DNA of 64,000 bases, taken from NCBI GenBank assembly GCA_964016885.1, contig OZ024740.1, positions 362,948,001-363,012,000 on the forward strand, read 5' to 3'. The notes below the pieces were generated by a model. It was not told where the DNA came from and made no database searches. It saw nothing but the letters and a program-made list of their open reading frames with translations. The stretch is from Eledone cirrhosa. Its lineage: Eukaryota. How positions within the stretch are numbered: the first letter of the stretch is position 1; each line of letters begins with the position of its first letter. A program made the position numbers and the translations under genes. Positions 54,395-64,000 of this stretch are shown in pieces.

Positions 54395-54640
54395 ATTTAG
54401 AACGGTGTTTCGGCTGCATTCCACGGACAATGGTTATCGACATCCGCTGCAACATCCACCTCAAGAGGCAGGGTTTCTTCCTCAGGTGGACTGCTGTCAT
54501 TTCAATTTTATGAAGGAGGTCAGCTATACGGAGTCCGAGGATGCCTGAGGTCTCGACGGCGTCCAACGGCATACGTCGCACAATAGTAAAGGAAGGTTTA
54601 GTTCGTTCATCCTCACTATCCTTTTAGGGCGTTGTTGATC
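54395..54640 (-). pseudogene. C-terminal fragment of an RLE-type (CRE-like) non-LTR element
   Basis: LDAVETSGILG...DLLHKI...WMLQRMSITIVRG matches the pattern AVETxGxxG...LxQRxSIxIxRGNA. Confidence 0.55.
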
Positions 54641-55463
54641 CTCGTTGGCTCTTCGCTGATTTTCAAAAGCAATTAAAACTTCAAAGCCTCCAGGTTTTAC
54701 GATCTTCAAAGGTTTTTCTCATAAATAACTGGGTTGATTTATGTTCTTCCGGTGATCGATCAACTAGAACATGCATCGCCGACACCGACTGGGGATCTAT
54801 TTATAATTCATATGCATGAATATGTGTGCGCGCGTTCGTGTGTATACGCCTGTTTGCTAAATCTATATTTGTACGTATAGAGTACAGTGTTTAACCGAGA
54901 TAAATGTATATAAAAATACACATGAGTATATAGACATATAGACATGTCAAAACCTTGTTCCCTGCAACATGGAAAATGGATGAATATTCTTAATCAATTT
55001 TCGACCTTAGATATGGTTTTATCAGACGGCTAAATAATCAAAAGCCGAGTAAACATGGTAGCAATCACAAAAGGACGAAATAATGGGTATATTTCTAGTG
55101 CTTGTGTTGGTAACTTATACTCTGTGCTGTATATGTAGTATTAGCGGCACTCCGTCGGTTACGACGACGTGTGTTCCAGTTGATACAATCAACGGCACAG
55201 CCTGCTCATGAAACTAACGTGCACGTGGCTGGGCATTCCACAAACACGCGTACCTCAACGTAATTCTCAGGGAGATTCAGTACGACACAGAATGTGACAA
55301 GGCTGGCCCTTCGAATTATAGGTACAACTCATATTTTACCAGCTAGGTGGACTGGAGCAACGTAATGTATATATTACTTCGTTTATGAATTTGTTTTGTA
55401 AGATTTCTTATCTGAAAATATGTGTTGAAACAGATATTGTTATACTTTGGGAGGATGACCGTC

Positions 55464-55540
<77 letters not shown>

Positions 55541-55601
55541 GATGAGTGTTTTTAGGTATAGTTTCCTTGGAGGAATATATATGTATATATATATATATAT
55601 A

Positions 55602-55784
55602 TATTATAAAGAAAACGAAAAATCAGAGATGCATCTGGACTTAGTTTATTGCGTGTTACAAATGTTTCGCCGGCAGGTAAATCCATACAGTGACCATGTC
55701 TTGAGCTACCTGCCGGCGAAACATTTGTAACACGCAATAAACTAAGTCCAGATGCATCACTGACTTTTCGTTTTCTTTATAATA
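55602..55784. repeat. Fold-back with about 75-bp arms and a decayed HHR at 55695-55734
   Basis: Arms are reverse complements; CATGT-CTTGA(2-nt deletion)-GCT..GGC-GAAA-C-attt-G-TA-ACACG. Confidence 0.75.
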
Positions 55785-55891
55785 TCTGCATTCTACACTG
55801 GTGAATATCGAGTGCTAATTTTCGTATACCGCCTATCGAAGCACCATAGCTACCATTATACACAATTTTATATATAGTTTTAATATAGATG

Positions 55892-55943
55892 AGATTCTAC
55901 AGGACTAGAAACTGTTTCATTCTTTAGAAATCATCAGGAATCT
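55892..55943 (-). ncRNA. Type I hammerhead ribozyme of the 30.6-kb family, intact core
   Basis: Minus strand: AGATTC-CTGATGA-TTTCtaaaGAAT-GAAA-CAG-tttctagtc-CTG-TA-GAATCT. Confidence 0.8.
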
Positions 55944-56207
55944 GGCTTTCCAAAAATAAATGTAGTGGTATTTATATATTTTCAGGAGGTAGGAGAGGGT
56001 GGCGAGTGGGATGGGTGGATGTCATTGGTTGAAAGAATAGGGAATTCATTAAAAGCTAATGTATATATGTATATATATATATATATGTATATATGTATAT
56101 ATGTATATATCTGTGTGTATATGTATGTGTAGATGTATGTATGTATATATATATATGTATATATATATGTGTATGTATATATATATATGTTTATATGTGT
56201 ATATATA

Positions 56208-56264
<57 letters not shown>

Positions 56265-56273
56265 GTGTGTGTG

Positions 56274-56304
<31 letters not shown>

Positions 56305-56387
56305 ATATATATATGTGTGTGTGTGTATATGTGTGTGTGTATATATGTATGTATATTTGTATGTAAATATATGTGTGTGTATATATG

Positions 56388-56468
<81 letters not shown>

Positions 56469-56477
56469 GTATATATA

Positions 56478-56590
<113 letters not shown>

Positions 56591-56839
56591 GTTTACATAT
56601 ATATATATATATAAAGTCATAGATATATGTGTTTTACAACGGGTTACTTTGTGGCTCAATGAAGAATTAATAAATTAAATAATCAGAGCTATATTTCATG
56701 AAACATGTCTATAGAATTATTAGATAAAATATATACCGTTTCCTCTCCCAATTAGCATAATTAACCATATAAAAAATCAATTAGACCAAGCTATAAGAAT
56801 AAAGGCTCCTATATTTTATCTGGTGATTTTATATATATA

Positions 56840-58121
56840 CTAGCATTAAAGCCCGGCGTTGCTCGAGGTCATTAAGTTACCAAAGTTAGGTTGCACCACC
56901 CATTTTATGGCAGCACTTTTTTGTCTGCCAGGCATTGGGTGAATGAATTGTAGACCTGGAAGCAGGAGCTGCGCCAGCAGTGACAATTGTAGTTTCGCCT
57001 ATGGATATTATCTCTGTGCAAAAAAGTTATGAAATTTATTGTTTCACAGTACTTGGGCAACACGCGCGTAGACGATGCCAGCCGAACAACAGAGCTGCGA
57101 TGGAGTTGTTCTGCATGGTTGTCTGTGTATTTTCTAAATTTAAGACAGTAGGGAGGGTTGTGATATGAGGGAGAGTTAGCTGTTGTTTCTAGCAGGTTTA
57201 GTGACCTCATAGAGGATATGTGTTTTCTAAATTTAAGACAGTAGGGAGTGGTGTGATATGGAGGAGAGTTAGCTGCTGTTTCTAGCAGGTTTAGTGACCT
57301 CATAGAAGATATGTTTTCTAAATTTGAGACAGTAGGGATGGGTGTGATATGGGGGAGAGTTAGCTGCTGTTTCTAGCAGGTTTAGTAACCTCATAGAGGA
57401 TATGTGTTTTCTAAATTTAAGACAGTAGGGAGTGGTGTGATATGGAGGAGAGTTAGCTGCTGTTTCTAGCAGGTTTAGTGACCTCATAGAAGATATGTTT
57501 TCTAAATTTAAGACAGTAGGGGGGGTAGGGGGGAGAGTTAGCTGCTGTTTCTAGCAGGTTTAGTGACCTCATAGAAGATATTATTGTTTATCATTATCTA
57601 TAAAAGGCAGATTGTTGTTGTTGTTGTTGTTGAAGTGAGTGTGTGTTTGTATGCGTTTGGAAAAGAGGTTTTAAAAAAGTTTTATCGCTTGTTGTTGAAT
57701 AAATGTATCTGTTGCTTTTGAATAATTGTCGTTTCGTATGAAATGTAATAATTTGAAGTATAAAAGAGAAAGTAGCAAAATGTGTGGGTTGTAGATAGAG
57801 GTTGGCAGATGATATGAGAGAATAAAACGGACAGTATCACCATCAAGCTTGGAAAGAGAAAGTAGCAGAAAGTATGTAGTTGTATAGAATTTGAATGGTA
57901 GTGGAAAGAGTTAGCAGTTTAAATGACAGAGAAAAATCGTAAAATATTGAGTTTTATCTATTTTTTGCGTAATTGTGGGTGAAATTGAAAAAATTACCTG
58001 TGCCAAGACGCAAACGAAATTATTTCGAATACTGAATTGTAAATTTCAATTGAAGAAATTCTATATCGTAGATTTCTATAAGAAAGGAGCATGACCATAC
58101 ACTGAGCTTTATAGATTATGA
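56840..58121 (-). mobile_element. Non-autonomous Helitron with an internal tandem array
   Basis: Minus-strand 3' end CTCGAGCAACGCCGGG-CTTTAATG-CTAG|T; 5' end TCATAATCTATAAAGCTCAG; AT target, no TSD. Confidence 0.7.
57130..57581. repeat. Tandem array of 5 units of 91-93 bp
   Basis: TTTTCTAAATTT(A/G)AGACAGTAGGG starts at 57130, 57223, 57314, 57407 and 57498. Confidence 0.95.
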
Positions 58122-58340
58122 TATATATATATATTTGTGTATGTGTTTATGTATTTTGTGTATGTGTATATATATGTGTGTATATATGTGTATATATGTG
58201 TATGTGGATGTATTTGTATATGTTTGTGTATATGTGTATATTTATATTGGTGTGTTTGTATATATGTATGTATATGTATGTGTACATATATGTATATGTG
58301 TATGTATGTATGTATATATATATATATGTATGTATATATG

Positions 58341-58417
<77 letters not shown>

Positions 58418-58424
58418 ATGTATG

Positions 58425-58459
<35 letters not shown>

Positions 58460-58472
58460 GTATGTATGTATA

Positions 58473-58525
<53 letters not shown>

Positions 58526-58704
58526 ATGTATATGTGTGTATATATGTGCATATGTATGTGCATATATGTGTATATATATATATATGTATATATGTATGTG
58601 TATGTATGTGTATGTGTGTATGTGTATATATATGTATCTATATGTATATATATATATATGTATGTATGTGTATATATGTATGTATATATATATGTGTATA
58701 CATC

Positions 58705-58737
<33 letters not shown>

Positions 58738-58836
58738 GTGTATATGTATGTATATGTATATGTGTGTGTATATATATATATGTATGTTTGTATATATATA
58801 TATGTATGTATGTATGTTTATATATATGTATATGTA

Positions 58837-58916
<80 letters not shown>

Positions 58917-59169
58917 GGAGGTGAGTTTTATTGTAGTACAATAAAGCAATGCATCTCTCCTCCCATCTAATCCTTCCTCACTATACTCCTCCCCCCCCTC
59001 CACTTTTTACTCTCATCTCCTCCTCTTTTTCATCCTTTCCAACCTCCCCCCTCCCCCCTCAACATTTTTTTTTCCCAATATCACACATCAATCTAAAACT
59101 ATTTTTCATATGTTGATTTAAAACTGCACTATCCACAAGTGTTTTTTTAACCTTCATATCATGTCCTCC

Positions 59170-59240
59170 TATTTTATCTGATGAAAACACAAGTGTTATT
59201 GCATGATAATATTTGTTTTTGAAATGCGCATAATAAAATA
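59170..59240 (+). ncRNA. Type I hammerhead ribozyme with palindromic stem III, intact core
   Basis: Stem I TATTTTAT/ATAAAATA (8 bp); CTGATGA 59178-59184; stem II AAACA..AGTGTTATT/GATAATATT..TGTTT; GAAA 59221-59224; TGCGCA; predicted cleavage after ATA at 59232. Confidence 0.82.
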
Positions 59241-59270
59241 CATGGAACTCATTTAACCATCTTTTGATCT

Positions 59271-59331
<61 letters not shown>

Positions 59332-59339
<8 letters not shown>

Positions 59340-59970
59340 TATAGAGAAAAATACTGCTGGTAGCACATGGGTAACATGTAATAAAATAAGTCCCTCATCA
59401 GTGATTTGCCGAAGATCATAGATATTTCATTGCATTAAAAATCATATATCTCACTTCGGTGCAATAATAACCAAAATAAGTTATTAGGACAATTAAAACG
59501 CGTAAAGCGAGTGAGACAGGAGAACAACAGAAAATATAGCATACCGTAGGGGAGAAACAAGCTTCAAAAATTATTCTGTTTAGCATAAGCTAGGTGAATA
59601 TATGAGCGCTTAGAGAATAGAACCTACACGAACGAGGGCTATGAGCAGAGAGAGAAAAAATAGCGTTCGTGAGTGCAGGATGAAATGAAGAGAAGAGGGA
59701 GAAAACAGTGAGTGAGTGAAAGTGTGAGGAAGAGTTAACGGACAAGACAGAGGGGGAGAAACAGAGAGAATGGGGGAACAGTAAGAGAGAGAGAAAAAAC
59801 GCAGAATCGCAGTGGTAAATATATGTATTAAAATATAGAGAAAAATACTGCTGGTAGCACATGGGTAACATGTAATAAAATAAGTCCCTCATCAGTGATT
59901 TGCCGAAGATCATAGATATTTCATTGCATTAAAAATCATATATCTCACTTCGGTGCAATAATAACCAAAA
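59332..59970. repeat. Two apparently identical 145-bp direct repeats 494 bp apart
   Basis: 59332-59476 equals 59826-59970 by eye. Confidence 0.9.
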
Positions 59971-60345
59971 AGTGTTGAAGTTTGCTTGAAGCATTATGGA
60001 ATAATAAAATTGGTCGTCTTGGAAGCCTCAACATTGCAGATGAGTAAATATGCGGGTAACAGAATCAGGTGGTAATGAAAGCGTGTAAGAGGGAATGTAG
60101 AATGAGACGTATAGGGTGTAGACTCTACACTGTAGAGAGCGTAGAAAAGTGTAAAAATAATAACACGAGATAGAGTTACCTTGGAAGTGATTTAATTGTC
60201 CCTATATTTCGGATTTCGCACTCATCAATTGGCGGTTTTCCGCGGGGGAAAGTTTTTAGTCGGAGAGGGACAACACGTGGCCTCTGTTGTCTATCGTATG
60301 TGTACAACTCCCGCCCATCTCTTCAATCTTTTTTTTCTCATTCTT

Positions 60346-60381
60346 TCTTCTGATGAAGGACTAGCGTCCGATACGTTAAGA
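60346..60381 (+). ncRNA. Minimal hammerhead motif (GAAA mutated to GATA); same family as 31369
   Basis: TCTT-CTGATGA-A-GGAC-tagc-GTCC-GATA-CG-TT-AAGA. Confidence 0.65.
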
Positions 60382-60789
60382 CCCTCTCTCTATATATATA
60401 TTACAAATTTCCAGTCGGTTGGTTTAATAACCGGATGGTTGTTTATTTATTGTCAAAGCTCTTTCGTCTCACATTCTGTGATCTCCTCAGTGACTAATAT
60501 ATTATTTTGTGTCTCTCCTTTGTTCTGTTTTTGTGTGTTGTGTGCTGTGTATTCGGGTTGTGCATCCGATATATCCGAGTGAATGGTGTTATTTATTTAT
60601 TTATTCATTTATTTATTTATACGTTTATTTATTTGTCACTAGTTGTTTGCTTGTCCCATCTGTGTGTGTCTTGTTTATTTTATTAGTTTGGTTCTTATGT
60701 GTCTCTGTATGACCTTATCTTGTCCTTAATTAGTTTGTTTCTTGTGTGTCTCTGTATGTCTTTATCTTGTCCTTAATTACTAGTTTATA

Positions 60790-60828
<39 letters not shown>

Positions 60829-61869
60829 ATACTTGGGGAGGGTAATATTGTTGTAATATTATTGCCAGAATTAATAACAGAACACACTCACTGTTTGGTT
60901 GGTTTTCGCTTCTGTATCTTTTATATCAGTTAATTCATTCAGTCCTCAATGTTTACCATTGACTGACCAACGGTCAAAAATACAGATATAATATAGATAT
61001 AAACACATGTATATATAGTCTAACAAATTTCTTTCATTGCACATCTGCAACATCGTCAGTGGTTCTACTATGTTCCTCCTGTTGTATTGTATATCTTACG
61101 CCATCTTGGTTTGTTTAAGAGCTTGCACATATAATATAGTAAATATTATAAACATACCGGTTTTAATACATGTATGGCTAGAGAAGTAAAGGGATATAAA
61201 ACTAGAGGCAAGGACGTTATGCAATAGAAAGATTAGATAATAAGGATTTCTTTATTATCCACAAAGAGTCAACAAGAGGGAAATATTAAAGTGGATACAG
61301 GAGGATACAGAACATTGCAGGACGATACAATGTGATTAGGGTTTTATCTTATATAACAAAACCATTAAATTAAAAACAAAAACTCTCGTGCAAAAAGCTC
61401 ATAAAAATCTAGAGCAAATGCCCATTCACAGTTGTCCTCTTTCAATATACAAGCTTATACTCATAGAAGGCGCGTTCATACTCGACATTCTCATCTACCT
61501 TTCAACAAACCGACAGGAAGGCAGCATTGCCTTCTTCACCCTGATTGTCTTCTTCAATTGAAACTTGATAAAGGTTAATCAGGGCTTTGCTGAACGGAGC
61601 CGATTAGTAGGCGTTCGTGGTGGTCAGCCAAAGACGGAAAAAATGCTTTGCTGCAGTACTACTCCCCCACTACACGAGCCTATTGGAAGTCTGTAATTCT
61701 TTGTGCTTCGTAGCATGCGCCTTAGGTCTGACAATGCCAATCGCATGTTTTTCCTAAATTGCTCTTCTATATGTCTGATTAGGTCTCCCTCTAACCAATT
61801 TTAGCTAGATGTACCTATTTCCCGTCACCGAAGATGCTTTGACGCCGGGAAATACGGTAGTTAAAGTTA

Positions 61870-62590
61870 ATTTTGGGAGGGACATGTTTTCGAGTGTTGT
61901 GTTATGGCTGGAATATTCTGTTGTTGTCATTGAAGAAGTTGCTGTTGTTGTCGCTGCAGATTTTGATGTTGCCGGTACCTGAGTTGTCTCTGTCGCTGTT
62001 GCTGCTGCTATTGCAGCTGGTTTGGTCCTCTTATCTGGTGACGGTGACGGCTAGGCCACCAACATATGCTGCAGAAGATTTTGGCACATTTCCTGCTACT
62101 GATGTTGCAGCTAGTGTCGTAGTCACATGTGTCGCTGATTACCCAGGTAGCTGGGGGTTAAGGCGCTAGAAATAGTTATTTTTCTCCTTGCAGCTAGTCT
62201 TGCGTAGACGATCTTTAAGTGAGTGACGGCGCCAAAAATGTGAACCGCCGCCTTCTCTCGTCCGCTACTACTGCCAGATGGGTGCCGCTTGAGCGGTCAA
62301 TCACCTCGATAATGGAGTCGAGGCATTGATGGTCGGTTTGAATGAAAAGCGCCATTCCCATTCCAAACAAGTTCTCCTTTCTCGTCCTCTAGTTTTCGAG
62401 GATAGTAGTGTGATCCTCGATGTCAGCAATGACGGTCACCATTAGCAAAGCGAAATCTATTTTGAATGGCACTGGGGTCACTCTGACTTTGGCCTATCTT
62501 TGGGTGCAGTACGAGGACATGAGGATCAGCTCTTCGATCCTCAAAGTTGTGAGGGAGTTGGAATTAGTCTCTTCTGCAGTGGCAAGACCC
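61870..62590 (-). pseudogene. Possible non-LTR ORF1 (gag-like) remnant
   Basis: AKVRVTPVPFKI...LAVVADERRRR, then HIFGAVTHLK (degenerate zinc-knuckle-like), followed by a low-complexity T/A/S region. Confidence 0.35.
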
Positions 62591-62591
62591 A

Positions 62592-62667
<76 letters not shown>

Positions 62668-62879
62668 ATACACAGACACACACACACACACACAAACACG
62701 CTGTTTCAGACATTTTGCTTCAGGTGGTGTGGGTTTCACGCTCTTAGACGTACCATGGGCATTTTGAATGGTTGCTTCCATGACACATTCGATTCAAACT
62801 TTCATCACTATTTGCAGAAACCTTTTTCGATAATTTTTCGTTTATAGGACCCAATACTAATTACAAAGCTCCTATCCCT

Positions 62880-63480
62880 CTCACTCCAAATATAGACTTC
62901 CCTCTTATTATTGAACAAGAGCTACTAGCAGTTAAGGATGAGTTAAAAGAGGAAACGGCCGCAGGTCCAGATAGAATATCTAATTTAATTGTAAATGTAA
63001 TATGGAATGTAACACAAGTAATAATGCTAAACTTATTTGATAGTATAATTAAATTTCAACATTATCCAGATATAGGGAAATTTACCCATACGTTAGTAAA
63101 ACTTAAACCACATAAGGGCAACTATATCATCCAATAGCTCTACTAAGTAATCTAGAAAAATGCTAGAAAAATTGGGGGTAATAGATTAGCTTATTTAGGA
63201 GAAACATTGAACATTTTCCTCAAATCTCAGTTCGGATTTTGAAAATATAGAAACACTGAAAATTGTGTACATAAACTAACCACATTCATCAGAAACTCAA
63301 AACTCTTTAAAATATCAACCAATTTGATCTCATTAGACATAAAGGGAGCTTATGTTAACGTAGATCATGACACTCTTAGTAAAATAAAATATATATGAAT
63401 TTGAAATACCCATCATTGCAACTGGGTTGAATCCTAAAGAGTCTCCCAAAGAGTTCTCCCCTCGTACCCATTTTCTTTCT
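62880..63480 (+). pseudogene. Non-LTR (LINE) reverse transcriptase fragment
   Basis: KEETAAGPDRISN...LNLFDSIIKFQHYP...KPHKGNY..PIALLSNLEK...SQFGF...LISLDIKGAYVNVDHDTL, with frameshifts. Confidence 0.85.
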
Positions 63481-63616
63481 ATATTACACAACGGCCTTGT
63501 TTACATCTCTAAATAAAATTGTTGAAGTATCAGGTTTTGCAGAACTTATATACTTCCTTGAGTATCATCAACAACAAAACCAAAACATCTACAGACCTAT
63601 CAACTGCAACTGTATA

Positions 63617-63762
<146 letters not shown>

Positions 63763-64000
63763 TATCCACAGTAAGTTGTGGGGTTTATTCTGCATGAAGA
63801 ACTCAATGTAATCCATATGTTGAAAATGTTGTAGGTTAAGATAAATCCCCGAAGACAATAAAACATTAAAAGGAAAACAGTCATGATATAAATTAAAACA
63901 ATGAAATAAAAAATTAAGTCATTAGAGATATACTTCACTGCTTTACGATCGTTTCTAGGTGATGATAATACATTGTAGCTATACTTCGTTATTGATCTAT

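Noticed and set aside
56905-57120. Captured gene or piggyBac fragment inside the Helitron
   Set aside because: No convincing motif could be read by eye; a translated database search is needed.
61015-61070. Minus-strand CTGACGA-TGTTGCA..TGCAAT-GAAA
   Set aside because: Good stem II, but stems I and III do not pair; at best a decayed relic.

Overview
AT-rich, microsatellite-dense eukaryotic DNA with no recognisable host gene exon. The SINE families and (TA)n load suggest an octopus or other coleoid cephalopod, which is an inference. Almost all listed ORFs are artefacts of (TA)n/(CA)n/trinucleotide tracts. The real coding remnants are transposon-derived: three Penelope-like retroelements (PLEs; RT plus GIY-YIG), fragments of other non-LTR elements, a deleted mariner, and non-autonomous Helitrons and MITEs, among many tRNA-derived SINEs. 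The most striking signal is non-coding. Reading both strands by eye gives about 20 type I hammerhead ribozyme (HHR) motifs (stem I-CUGANGA-stem II-GAAA-stem III-NUH-stem I) from roughly ten unrelated sequence families, about six with intact cores and good stems. Most sit in short, ORF-less, often fold-back insertions beside (TA)n tracts. The clearest case (19249-20050) has a 14-bp target-site duplication, two HHR copies and a circularly permuted 465-nt unit, as expected for a retrozyme-like circular or tandem RNA retrotransposed by PLE machinery. All structures were assigned by eye, with no folding or database searches, so coordinates may be off by a few bases.
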